DNA of 64,000 bases from Pedosphaera sp. Lineage in GTDB: Bacteria; Verrucomicrobiota; Verrucomicrobiia; Limisphaerales; SIBH01. Every line of letters starts with the position of its first letter. Positions within the stretch are counted from its first letter, which is position 1. Shown in pieces: positions 40,197 through 49,808 of the stretch. Under the pieces are notes generated by a model, which searched no databases, was not told the DNA's origin, and saw only the letters and a list, made by a program, of their open reading frames with translations. The position numbers were made by a program, and so were the translations under genes. The stretch is taken from contig JANOQV010000105.1 of NCBI GenBank assembly GCA_031414955.1, positions 1 to 64,000 on the forward strand, read 5' to 3'.

Positions 40197-41531
40197 ATGA
40201 CAAACACTGGACCATTTGTTTCGACCCGCCGGGCCATGTCGCGCCGCACCTTCCTGCGCGGCGCTGGTATCGCCCTCTCGCTGCCACTGCTCGACTCGAT
40301 GGTGCCGGCCTTTGCGGCTGTCACCCGGAAGTCCGCCACCGCCAGGCCCGGCGGCACGCCGCGCCGCGTGCTGGGCATTTGCAACAATCTTGGCCTGTTG
40401 CCCGACAACTTTTTCCCCAAGCAGGACGGGCGCGACTATCCGCTCTCGCCTTACCTGGAGGTGCTCAAGGATCATCGCCAGGACTTCACCGTCTTCAGCG
40501 GAGTGTCACATCCCGAGGTCGATGGCGGGCATCCCGCCGATAATTGCTTTCTCACCGCGGCGCCCCATCCGGGCAGCGCGGGGTTCAAGAACACCATCTC
40601 GCTCGACCAGTACATCAGCGAACGCCTCGGGCACCTGACGCGCTTTCCGTCCCTCACGCTCGGAGTCAATGTGCAGCAGGGATCGCGCAGTCTGTCCTGG
40701 ACCGGATCGGGCGTGCTGATTCCCTGCGAGGAAAAGGCGGCGGATGTTTTCGCCCGGATGTTTTTGCAGGGCACCAGAGCGGAGACGGAGGCGCAGGTGC
40801 GCAAGCTGGAGACGGGGCAAAGCATTCTCGATGCGGTGGCCGGACAGGCGAAGGATTTGCAGCGCCACGCCGGAGCGCGTGACCGCGACCGCCTTGATCA
40901 ATACTTCACCAGCGTCCGCGATCTGGAGCAGCGGCTGAAGATGTCGCGCGAATGGGAACGGCAGCCCAAGCCGAAGACGACCGCCTCCGTCCCGCTCGAT
41001 CCGGCCAGCCCCAAGGCCTACATGGAAAAGGTCAAACTGATGTACGACATGGCCCGCCTGGCCTTCGAGACGGATTCCACCCGCGCCATCTCGCTCCTGC
41101 TCGACAGCGTGAACTCACCCGCCATCGACGTGGACGACGTGAAGATCACCGACGGCTATCACAACCTCTCGCACCACGGACGATCGAAGGAGAAACTGGC
41201 GCAGTTGAAAGCCATCGACGAATGGCACATGAAGCTGCTGGCGAACCTGTTCACCGAGCTCAAAGCCGTGCGCGAGGACGGCTCCACCCTGCTCGACCAG
41301 ACCATGATTCTCTACGGCTCGAACCTCGGCAACGCCAACACCCATGTGACCACAAATCTGCCGACGCTCTTTGCCGGCGGCGGCTTCCGGCATGGCCAGC
41401 ATCTGGCCTTCGACACGGAGCGGAATTACCCGCTGCCCAACCTCTTCGTCTCCATGCTGCAACGCTTGGGATTGGAGACGGAGAAATTTGCCTCGGCCAC
41501 GGGCACGATGCGCGGACTGGAGCTGGCCTAA
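40197..41531 (+). CDS. DUF1552 family protein (Tat-like signal)
   Basis: [51 protein letters not shown]. Confidence 0.88.
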   Translation: MTNTGPFVSTRRAMSRRTFLRGAGIALSLPLLDSMVPAFAAVTRKSATARPGGTPRRVLGICNNLGLLPDNFFPKQDGRDYPLSPYLEVLKDHRQDFTVFSGVSHPEVDGGHPADNCFLTAAPHPGSAGFKNTISLDQYISERLGHLTRFPSLTLGVNVQQGSRSLSWTGSGVLIPCEEKAADVFARMFLQGTRAETEAQVRKLETGQSILDAVAGQAKDLQRHAGARDRDRLDQYFTSVRDLEQRLKMSREWERQPKPKTTASVPLDPASPKAYMEKVKLMYDMARLAFETDSTRAISLLLDSVNSPAIDVDDVKITDGYHNLSHHGRSKEKLAQLKAIDEWHMKLLANLFTELKAVREDGSTLLDQTMILYGSNLGNANTHVTTNLPTLFAGGGFRHGQHLAFDTERNYPLPNLFVSMLQRLGLETEKFASATGTMRGLELA

Positions 41532-41540
41532 GTTGCGCGA

Positions 41541-42038
41541 CTAGAAGACCACTTGGCCGAGAATTTGGTCGAGGCGGACTTTGACCAGCACCGAGACCGC
41601 GCGGTTGTCACCCATCACGTAATAGGTCTCGAATCCCAGCACCACGGCCTCAATTGGCCAGGGAACTTGCGTCTCGACATACTTCTCCTCCAGGCGCGCG
41701 CCATTGATGTGGACGAGGCCGTTGGTGAAGCTGATTTCCTCGCCGGGCAGCCCGATGATGCGCTTGATGTAGATATTCTCGCTCGACACCTGCACCCCTA
41801 CCACGTCGCCGCGCTGCGGGGGATCGGCACGGTAGGCGAACTTATTGATGAAATGGCGTTCACCGGCGTGGTAGTTCGGCTCCATGCTGTCGCCGAGTAT
41901 GCTCACCGGCCACAGCACCCAGCGGAGGATCGCGTAAATCACGAAGGCGACCAGCATGGCGGTGAAGAGCACCTTGAAGCGGAGCACTCCGAGCCGGCCC
42001 GCCTTTTCGCCGGGGATGATGAATTTCGTCCAGTCCAC
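41541..42038 (-). CDS. lepB: Signal peptidase I (S26), short form
   Basis: GDSMEP catalytic Ser, IKRIIGLPGE catalytic Lys, YYVMGDNR; start uncertain (GTG 42038 chosen). Confidence 0.8.
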   Translation of the reverse strand: MDWTKFIIPGEKAGRLGVLRFKVLFTAMLVAFVIYAILRWVLWPVSILGDSMEPNYHAGERHFINKFAYRADPPQRGDVVGVQVSSENIYIKRIIGLPGEEISFTNGLVHINGARLEEKYVETQVPWPIEAVVLGFETYYVMGDNRAVSVLVKVRLDQILGQVVF

Positions 42039-42394
42039 AAATTCAATTGTCTGCCCTGGACAGTCATCGGCGGTACGACGGCGGCACTGAATCCGATCGT
42101 TGAAATGGAGTTGTGCCTGGACACAACTCAACGCGCCTGGAGGCCGACGGGAAGGAACGGCTCTGAGTTGGAACGTCCGCAGTTGGGTCCGGCAGAAACC
42201 GTTCCAGCCGCGGCTGAGTTCATCCATGATTCTCTGTCTCCAGCGGTGGCTCTCCCCTTCCGACCTCTAGCCTTGGACTGAACTACACCCTACCTTCCCT
42301 CCTGCGCTTGCGACGGGCGCGTTCCCACTCACGCGCTGGTCCTCGCCCCCTGCACAGTGGTTGCCATGGGGCCGATCAAACGCTTCACTGGCTC

Positions 42395-43207
42395 ATGGCC
42401 TGGTCGAAAAAAAGAATCGCACTCGTCGCACTCCTGATCGTATGCGCTGCGAACAGCCTGTTGCTCGTGGCCATCCTCCTGGGGCAGCGTTGGCTGGCCC
42501 GCCCGCTCTTTCCCGCCGGAGCCGCGCGCTCCCTCATCGCCTACGAACCGTTCGACTATCCGTCCGACACCCTCCTCGAGGGCCAGGGCGGCGGGCATGG
42601 TTTTGCCGGCCCGTGGGAACCAGGTGGTTTCAACGTCGCCCGATCCGACGTCATCCAGATCAACCCCGGTGCGCTCACCTTCTCCAACCTCGCGACCACG
42701 GGCGCGAATCATCTCCGCATCGACGCGCCGCCGGAAGGCGATGCCTCCATCTGCGGACTGGCCCGACGGCTTGGCTCCGACCTCGCTGCGGCCGGGGGCA
42801 CGTATTATCTCAGCTTCCTCTACCGTCCCCTGGGCGAAGGCGGGTATGGCACCCTCGTGCTCGGAACGGGCCAGGGACGCGAGCTTTCGATGGGCAAATC
42901 CAGTTCCGGAGCTCAGTTTCACCTCTCGCAACGGGGCGGGACGGGGCGGGTCTTTTCCGATCAGGAAGTCATCGTGGGGCAGACGGTGTTCCTCGTGGTC
43001 AAGCTCGAGTTCCGCGACGGCCCGGACCGTTTCACCCTTCAGGTAAACCCTGCCCCCGGCCAACCCGAGCCGGCCGGCGGCTTCGTGAAAGAAGACCTCG
43101 ATCTCACCGCCGCCAGCCACCTGATGATCTATTCGCGCGCCGCCTGGAGCCTGGATGAACTCCGCCTCGGCACCTCTTGGGCCGCAGTGACTCCAGCACG
43201 CCATTAA
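42395..43207 (+). CDS. Membrane-anchored hypothetical protein with beta-sandwich extracellular domain
   Basis: N-terminal TM; LIAYEPFDY...GG.GFAGPW and DELRLGTSWAAV motifs typical of PVC exoproteins. Confidence 0.65.
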   Translation: MAWSKKRIALVALLIVCAANSLLLVAILLGQRWLARPLFPAGAARSLIAYEPFDYPSDTLLEGQGGGHGFAGPWEPGGFNVARSDVIQINPGALTFSNLATTGANHLRIDAPPEGDASICGLARRLGSDLAAAGGTYYLSFLYRPLGEGGYGTLVLGTGQGRELSMGKSSSGAQFHLSQRGGTGRVFSDQEVIVGQTVFLVVKLEFRDGPDRFTLQVNPAPGQPEPAGGFVKEDLDLTAASHLMIYSRAAWSLDELRLGTSWAAVTPARH

Positions 43208-43291
43208 CCTGGAGCCGGGAAGATCAGAGTCCAAGTCCGCTCGTCCGGTGTTGGGGAAAGATTCGCGACGTAGTATTGAGCCGTAGTTCTA

Positions 43292-43470
43292 AAAGCCTGT
43301 CTGAAAAATCGTTTGGGCGGCGCAGGCCACTGGCCCCGGAGTGCGCCCGTCCCCGGGCGCAGCCACTTGGCCAAGGCGGACGGTGTGGATTTTTCCAACG
43401 CGCTCGGCGTCATCACCTGGCTGCGCCCGAGGACGGGCGCACTCCGGGGCCGAATTTTCAGACCGGCTCT
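43292..43470. mobile_element. MITE-like element with outer TIRs and nested 34-bp REP-like inverted repeat
   Basis: Outer aaagcctgtctgaaaaat / aattttcagaccggctct; inner 43332-43365 vs 43418-43451 complementary with 1 mismatch. Confidence 0.65.
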
Positions 43471-43680
43471 CTGACTGAATTCAGACTTCTGCCCCCGATC
43501 CACTTCGATGTTCGCTGGGGTATAGAACTCAAACCTTGGCTTCACATGCTTGTTCCGCGTAACAGAAACTTCCCTTGTCCGACACATTTTCGTAACCTTT
43601 CACCGAACCCAAACATTCCAGAAGCCGTGCTCTGACTCTCAGCGCACTCTCTTTTGGAGCAGTGCAAAAACTCGAAAGCT

Positions 43681-45996
43681 ATGAAAACGTCCATGCATCC
43701 CTTGGGATGGAGCCGAACGCGGCCATCCTTTTCCCCTCGCAAAATCACCGCCACACTGCTCGCCGTATTGGCGCTCGGCGCGGCTTCCTTAACGGCCCGT
43801 GCGGCCAACATCCTGTGGGTCAGCGACGCGCCTCCAGGCACCGCGAACAACAGCGTGTTCTCCGGGCCAGGCACAAGTTTCACCGATCAGGGCTTTGTGA
43901 AACTGCTCCAGGACGCCGGGCACAACGTCAACCGCATGAACACCCCGGACAGCGGAGCGACCAACATCACGGTCGCGGAACTCGCGGCCATGAACACCAA
44001 TGACCTGATCATCGTGGGCCGCGCCGCGGGCAGCGCCGGGTGGCAAAACAACCAGGCCACGAACTGGAATCGCGATGTGACCCGGCCGGTCGTCATCATG
44101 AGTCCCTATCTGGTGCGCACCGACGGCAATCGCGTCGGCTGGTTTGGCGGCGGCAATGGCGTCCTGCCCGACTCCACCCCTGCGCCTTTGACTCCTGGCC
44201 TGTCCGGCCATCCGGTGATTGATTATATCTTCCAGGATGTCCCGACCAGCGGGACCAACACGACCGAGCTTTTCGAGGAACCGATGGACCGCAACACCAG
44301 CCTGATTGCGAATCCTCCGGTCGCCGGGGCTTTGGTCATCGCCACGGCCACGTTCGCCCGCGAGGACAATCTGGCCATCATCACCAATGCCAACGTCATC
44401 GTCGGTTTCCCGGCCGGGACAGTGGTGCGAGGCGGTTTTGATGTCCTCCCGGCCTACCGGATGTTTTGGGGCGGCGGCACGCGCGAATCGGCCACGGCCC
44501 TCAACGTCATTCCGCTCTACACCGGCCGCGAGAATCTCACGCCCACGGGCGAAAGGGTTTTCCTGCGCTCGATCGAGATCGCCTTGAACAGCGGCGTGGC
44601 CCCCACCACCAACGATGGCCCGGCGGGGATTTCCAGCCAACCGGCCAACGTCACGGTGCCGCAGGACACCGCGACCGCCTTCTCCGTGACTGCGACCGGC
44701 GCGACTCCGCGGCTCGTTTTCTGGCAGCGCGGCGATGGCGTGGGCGGTTTCACGAACATTCCCAACACGGAGAGCGTGCTGACCAAATCCACGTTAAAGA
44801 TTCCTGTAGCCGGGCTGACGGACAGTGGCGCGCAGTTTCAAGCCGTGGTTTCCAACTCCCTGATCATGGCGACCAGCGACGTGGTGACACTGACGGTGAC
44901 CGCCGACACGGATGCGCCCCTGGTGCTGGGCGCGGCCAGCCTGGACGGCCTGAACATCGTGGTCTGTTACAATGAACTGGTGCAGCCGGGCACCGCCGGC
45001 GACGCCGGCAATTACCAGATCAACGGCGGCCTGGGACCGGATGTGTCCCTAGCCACCATGCGCCCCGACGGACGCTCGGTGAATCTGCTCCTGCTTAGCC
45101 CCATGGGCAGCACGGCCACGGTGGACGTGCTGGCGCGGAGCGACAACAACGGCAACTTCTCCGCCGATCCGGTGACCCTGACGGCCACGAATTACGGGCT
45201 GACCGGCGTCGATGTCGGGGTGCTCAATCCCGTGGGCGCGAACGTGGCCTGCGACGCGAACAGCTTCAGCGTGACCGGCGGCGGTCTGGACATGGCCAGC
45301 ACGGCGGACTTCCTTCGCTTCGTGTACAAGAACATCACCGGTCCCTTCGACGCGCGGGTGCGGGTCGTCTCGTTCGTGGGCACCAACGACCACTTCGAGA
45401 CCACGGCCAAGGCGGCGCTCACCGCGCGTGAAACCACGGCCAACAACTCCACGGCGGTGAACATTTTTATCACGCCAGCCGCTCCGGGAGACAACAACAT
45501 CGTCTCAAACTTCCGCGGCGCGATCGCCGCCGTTACGAACTCGCTGGGCGCGAGCGTCCCGCGCACGACCTCGAACACCTGGTTGCGCATCCGCCGCGTG
45601 GGCAGCGCCTTCACCACCTACCACAGCACCAACGGCACGGACTGGGTGACCTACGGCACGGCCACGACGGTGTTCGGTCCCACCATGAGCGTCGGCGTCG
45701 GCGTGGTCTCGCACCGTAACGGCAAGGTCGTCACCGGCACTTTCAGCGATTTCACCATCGTACCGGTGCTGCTCCCGACCATGCTGACCAACTCGGTGCC
45801 GGGCGTCGGCACCTTCACCTCGTCCTTCCAGACGCAGAATGGATTCAGCTACACGGTGGAATACAAGGATGACCTGAACCTGGTCCCGTGGACTTGGCTG
45901 GAAACCATCCCCGGCGACGGCACGCTCAAGACCTTCACCGATCTCGGCCCGGCTTCGCTGACCGGCACGCGCGTGTATCGGGTCAACGCGCAATAA
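43681..45996 (+). CDS. Secreted multi-domain protein (Ig-like, ConA/DUF1349-like carbohydrate-binding, C-terminal YRV domain)
   Basis: Signal peptide AxA; I..QP.NVTV Ig domain; WLRIRR.GS.FT.YHS.NG.DW; ends RVYRVNAQ. Confidence 0.8.
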   Translation: MKTSMHPLGWSRTRPSFSPRKITATLLAVLALGAASLTARAANILWVSDAPPGTANNSVFSGPGTSFTDQGFVKLLQDAGHNVNRMNTPDSGATNITVAELAAMNTNDLIIVGRAAGSAGWQNNQATNWNRDVTRPVVIMSPYLVRTDGNRVGWFGGGNGVLPDSTPAPLTPGLSGHPVIDYIFQDVPTSGTNTTELFEEPMDRNTSLIANPPVAGALVIATATFAREDNLAIITNANVIVGFPAGTVVRGGFDVLPAYRMFWGGGTRESATALNVIPLYTGRENLTPTGERVFLRSIEIALNSGVAPTTNDGPAGISSQPANVTVPQDTATAFSVTATGATPRLVFWQRGDGVGGFTNIPNTESVLTKSTLKIPVAGLTDSGAQFQAVVSNSLIMATSDVVTLTVTADTDAPLVLGAASLDGLNIVVCYNELVQPGTAGDAGNYQINGGLGPDVSLATMRPDGRSVNLLLLSPMGSTATVDVLARSDNNGNFSADPVTLTATNYGLTGVDVGVLNPVGANVACDANSFSVTGGGLDMASTADFLRFVYKNITGPFDARVRVVSFVGTNDHFETTAKAALTARETTANNSTAVNIFITPAAPGDNNIVSNFRGAIAAVTNSLGASVPRTTSNTWLRIRRVGSAFTTYHSTNGTDWVTYGTATTVFGPTMSVGVGVVSHRNGKVVTGTFSDFTIVPVLLPTMLTNSVPGVGTFTSSFQTQNGFSYTVEYKDDLNLVPWTWLETIPGDGTLKTFTDLGPASLTGTRVYRVNAQ

Positions 45997-46030
45997 GCTA
46001 GCCAACCCAGTTGGGACCAACCACTTCGTC

Positions 46031-46064
46031 ACGCCGCGCCCCTCGGGGCGCGGCGTTTTGCTTT
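46031..46064 (+). terminator. Rho-independent terminator
   Basis: acgccgcgccc-ctcg-gggcgcggcgt-tttgcttt. Confidence 0.8.
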
Positions 46065-46160
46065 CCAGACCGAGGCGGGCCATTGGTTCCTGATGGCCCC
46101 GCAATTCCCCTACGCCGAGACCGGGGTTGCAGCGCGGCGGTCTTTCGCTAACCTGCGCGC

Positions 46161-46766
46161 GTGCCGGGCCAGCAAATTTTTCATCTTCGCCGCGTGTTCC
46201 TAACCGCGTTTCTCGGCGTCATTCTCCTGGCCTTTCCAAAACTTCAAGCCACCAGCGTGCGCGCTCCGGGCTTCCACGCGCTGGTGGATCGCGCCGAACT
46301 TATCTTCACCGGCCAGATGCTCTCGCAGCACTGCGAGTGGCGCGTCCTCGAAGGGCGGCGCAGCATCGTCACGCTGGTGTCGTTCGGCGTGGAAAGGTGG
46401 CACAAGGGTGTGTCCCCGGCGGTGGTCACGTTGCAATTCCTCGGCGGCACGATGGGCGAGATCACTTTGAGTGTGTCGGAGATGCCAAGGTTCAAGACCG
46501 GCGAACGCACCGTGCTCTTCGTCGAAGGCAACGGGGTGACGGCCTGCCCGGTGATTGGGTTTTATCACGGACGCTTCTCGCTGAAGCGCGATGACTCAGG
46601 CCGCGAGATCGTGCTCAAGCACGATGGTGAACCGCTGACCGAAACCAGCGGCGCGGGCCAGGACAAGGCGGTGAAGCAAGCACCGTCCGCGCCCCGCCCG
46701 GCCCTGTCACACGACGAATTTTCCACCGTGGTCCGTGCCCGCGTCGCCGCCGCGCCTCGCCCTTGA
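46161..46766 (+). CDS. Secreted hypothetical protein resembling a separately encoded metalloprotease prodomain (TIMP/NTR-like OB fold)
   Basis: LVDRAELIF.G.V, FLGGT.G..T..VS.MP.F..GE..VLF, G..HGRF; just upstream of matrixin gene. Confidence 0.65.
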   Translation: MPGQQIFHLRRVFLTAFLGVILLAFPKLQATSVRAPGFHALVDRAELIFTGQMLSQHCEWRVLEGRRSIVTLVSFGVERWHKGVSPAVVTLQFLGGTMGEITLSVSEMPRFKTGERTVLFVEGNGVTACPVIGFYHGRFSLKRDDSGREIVLKHDGEPLTETSGAGQDKAVKQAPSAPRPALSHDEFSTVVRARVAAAPRP

Positions 46767-46768
46767 CC

Positions 46769-47878
46769 ATGAAACAGCTTGCTGTCATCGCCTTGCTCTT
46801 CCTCGGGTGCTCCGCCCGCGTGGCGCACGGCTACGACTTCCTCGGCCTGCGCCCGCTCAAGTGGGAGCCGGGCAGCATCGCGATGGATTTGCAACTCAAC
46901 GCCACCCAGCCGCCGGAACCTTTGCGCGATGGCCGCAGTTCGTGGAATTCCGTCGCGCAGTCGGCCCTCGGACTCTGGAACGCGCGCCTCTCCCAGGTGC
47001 GATTCACCACCTTCACGGACAACACGCACGGCCAAGGCAACCGCAAGAACGAGGTCTTTTTCAGCCCCACGATTTACGGGCACGCCTTCGGACGGGATGT
47101 GCTGGCCGTGACCACGGTCTGGCGCGTCGGCCGCGCGCGCGTCGAAGCGGACACCATTTTCAACACTGCCATCGACTGGAACTCCTACCGGGGCGAACTC
47201 GGCGTCAGCAGCATGGATCTGCGCCGCGTGGCCCTCCATGAGTTCGGTCACACGCTCGGGCTGGACCATCCCGATCAGGCCCGGCAGATCCGCGTCGCGA
47301 TCATGAACAGCACCATTTCCGATCTCGACACCCTGGCCACCGACGACATCCGCGGCGTGCGCGGCCTCTATCCGTCGTTTGACCGCTACGTGCTCGACCT
47401 ACAGGTGCTCTCGACCGGACGGGGCGTCATCCTGGCCGATCCCGCGCCCGGCCCGGACGGCAAATATCCCGCCGGCCAGATCGTCACGCTCACGGCCCGG
47501 CCGCGCCGGGGCAACCGCTTCAACTATTGGGACACGACCTCCGACCCCACCCGCCGGACCATCCGGGTGCAAGTGGTCGAGAACGAAACCATTCGCGCCG
47601 ACTTCTCCACCAATCGCGCCCCGCTCATCACGGTGCAGCCCCGGGGGAAACTCGCCTCCTACGCCGAGACGGTGAGCTTCCGCGTGGCCGCGTTGAACGC
47701 CACCGGCGCGAGCCACCAATGGCAGTATAATCATGTCGATCTTCGTAATGCCACGAATGCCTCGCTGGTGTTGTATCTCGTGACTCATGGCGACTCAGGA
47801 CTCTACTCCTGCCGCGTCACCACGCCGCGCGGCTCCACGCAGAGCCGGTCCGCGCGGCTGGTTGTGGACGGCTATTGA
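46769..47878 (+). CDS. Matrixin (M10-like) metalloprotease with repeat and Ig domains
   Basis: HEFGHTLGLDH zinc motif, AIM Met-turn, DDI.G...LY; C-terminal Ig (QW..N...DSG.Y.C). Confidence 0.9.
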   Translation: MKQLAVIALLFLGCSARVAHGYDFLGLRPLKWEPGSIAMDLQLNATQPPEPLRDGRSSWNSVAQSALGLWNARLSQVRFTTFTDNTHGQGNRKNEVFFSPTIYGHAFGRDVLAVTTVWRVGRARVEADTIFNTAIDWNSYRGELGVSSMDLRRVALHEFGHTLGLDHPDQARQIRVAIMNSTISDLDTLATDDIRGVRGLYPSFDRYVLDLQVLSTGRGVILADPAPGPDGKYPAGQIVTLTARPRRGNRFNYWDTTSDPTRRTIRVQVVENETIRADFSTNRAPLITVQPRGKLASYAETVSFRVAALNATGASHQWQYNHVDLRNATNASLVLYLVTHGDSGLYSCRVTTPRGSTQSRSARLVVDGY

Positions 47879-47954
47879 CCGGCTGCGCGCCTGGTTGGGA
47901 GGCAGGGCTTTTCGCTCCTCCGCGCCGCCCGCTGTCTCCGCCGCTTCCCGTCTC

Positions 47955-48425
47955 GTGAAACGCTGCGCCGATGGCAGCGTGGTGGAATTTGGTCGCGGAC
48001 GCTTCGATGACTGGTGCGTTTACGTGCGCCGGCCCGGAGGCGAACGCCGCGCGCCGCGCGACGTCGATTACTTCTCGGAGTTGAAGCAGTTGCACGCGCA
48101 ACACCCCGGGCTGCACGACGACTTCATCACCGTGTTCATGGCGACCGGGAAGGCAATCGATCCCGTCGTCAGCGAACGCATTTCCGAACTGGCCGGATCG
48201 TATCCCGCCCCCCTGCGCACCGACCTCGAGGTGCTGCTGGCCACGCTATACGCCGCCATGATCGCCGAGGAAAACCGCGCCCACGCCCCGCTCGGCAAAC
48301 GCATCAAGCGACTCGGCGTGCATCAGGTGCTGGTGGAAGGAATGCCGGTGGAGGAGGCCGCGAACTTCAGCCGGGGCAAACCGTGGCGGGAATTGGAGCA
48401 GATCTGCGTAGCGCGCGGGTTTTAG
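47955..48425 (+). CDS. Conserved hypothetical protein (recalled as DUF7004-like)
   Basis: G.FDDWCVY, YAAMIAEEN, LGKRIKRLG.HQ, AANFSRGK.WREL...C..RGF; start uncertain (ORF open from 47787). Confidence 0.65.
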   Translation: MKRCADGSVVEFGRGRFDDWCVYVRRPGGERRAPRDVDYFSELKQLHAQHPGLHDDFITVFMATGKAIDPVVSERISELAGSYPAPLRTDLEVLLATLYAAMIAEENRAHAPLGKRIKRLGVHQVLVEGMPVEEAANFSRGKPWRELEQICVARGF

Positions 48426-48452
48426 CAGGCGTTGGCAGCCGGAGAAAAACAG

Positions 48453-48576
48453 GGTCTCGCGAAGGCGGCAAAGGAGGCGAAGGAGAAAATAAAGTCCTCC
48501 TTGATTGCGCCCGCAACTGAACGAGTGAAGTTTTCCGACACCGCCTCCTCAATTCCTTCGCCGCCTTCGCGAGACC
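48453..48576. repeat. 23-bp inverted repeat element between convergent genes
   Basis: ggtctcgcgaaggcggcaaagga / tccttcgccgccttcgcgagacc (22/23). Confidence 0.7.
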
Positions 48577-48601
48577 ATCCCTTGCCGTTTCACATTTCCG
48601 A

Positions 48602-49000
48602 CTACTCCAGCGGCAGCCCGAAGTAGAGCCGCAGCCACGGCTCCAGTTCCTCGAACTCGACCGCCTTGCCCGTGGAGACGAGGAACGAGCGCATGTTGTC
48701 CGAGAAACCCGTGCCGGCGAAGACCACCAGGCCGGGGATGGGCCAGGCCTCGATGTCCTTGATCGTGGCCGGGATTTTTTCCTCCGCGCTGCCGACCACG
48801 GATTGGAATTTGCATTCGAGTCCGAGTGTCTTGCGTGACCCGGGATGAATGAGCACCACGTCGATGTGGCGCACCGCGCCCCAGATGCGGCGGGCCACCC
48901 GGACCTGCTCGCGCGCTTCCAGTCCAAGTTCCTGGCCGAGCGCCACCACGGCCTTGGCCAGCCCGTCTCCATTCTGAACTGCAAGCGCGCGTCCGGCCAT
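48602..49000 (-). CDS. Small PD-(D/E)XK nuclease superfamily protein
   Basis: IDVVL...LGLECK catalytic signature, Q...GSAEEK.P motif. Confidence 0.8.
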   Translation of the reverse strand: MAGRALAVQNGDGLAKAVVALGQELGLEAREQVRVARRIWGAVRHIDVVLIHPGSRKTLGLECKFQSVVGSAEEKIPATIKDIEAWPIPGLVVFAGTGFSDNMRSFLVSTGKAVEFEELEPWLRLYFGLPLE

Positions 49001-49001
49001 G

Positions 49002-49808
49002 TCAGTCTTCCGCTCTGAAAATATGAAGCTGGTGCCTCATCCCACTTTCGAGCAACCAAATCTCATCCTCTCCGTTAACAACTTCGAGGATCGTCTCAAC
49101 AAATAATTTCTCAAAGAACCAGCGAATCTGTGCTGCCCTGCATTCCGCTTCGTTCATGTCTTTTCCGCTCCCACACGGAAAAATAAACCTTACAACTGCC
49201 GTGGTTTCATCAACCAGGTACCGATTAACGCCAACAGCTTCCGCTTCCACAATTTCCCTTCTGCTCTTGAGGTTTCCAACCTTGAAACGACCGCTGACGT
49301 GACTAATGGAATACCCGCCGAAAACGTCGGAGATCCACTTGCATAGTCGTTCGAGGAATTCGTCATTGGTTTCGTCTTTCCGAGGAAACTGAGCTTCGAG
49401 CTTGTCGAATCCGATAGCTTTTAGCCGGGGAACAACTGCGTCTTTGAAGAACAAAGAATCGAGAGCCGACTTAAGCCATTCCTCATTTCGTAATGGCATG
49501 AAGAATTCAAATAGCAGGACATGGTTGTAGCAAATGGCCTGGTATTTGCGCCGGAAGCGGCGCTTCTGCGTGGCAATCTCGTCTCGAAATTTCGGCCAAG
49601 TGAATTGCCGGAACGCTAGAATTACCCGAAACGTGTTCCCCGGGCGTGGCTCAAGAAGTGACCTGAATTGTTTTGACAGATAAGTGTCGAAAGAACTCCG
49701 ACTGAACCCCGTCGCGGCACGAAACTCATCCAGCGTAAACGGCTCCTGAGTGATGCAGCGTTGGTGCAAAAAATCGAACGCTTTGTGATGGTCAGATCCG
49801 AGTGTCAT
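49002..49808 (-). CDS. Hypothetical protein, lower GC, possible N-terminal winged-HTH
   Basis: 268-aa ORF coupled to MTase stop (ATGA overlap) and 1 nt from nuclease start; FTLDEFRAATGFSRSSFDTYL helix pattern. Confidence 0.75.
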   Translation of the reverse strand: MTLGSDHHKAFDFLHQRCITQEPFTLDEFRAATGFSRSSFDTYLSKQFRSLLEPRPGNTFRVILAFRQFTWPKFRDEIATQKRRFRRKYQAICYNHVLLFEFFMPLRNEEWLKSALDSLFFKDAVVPRLKAIGFDKLEAQFPRKDETNDEFLERLCKWISDVFGGYSISHVSGRFKVGNLKSRREIVEAEAVGVNRYLVDETTAVVRFIFPCGSGKDMNEAECRAAQIRWFFEKLFVETILEVVNGEDEIWLLESGMRHQLHIFRAED

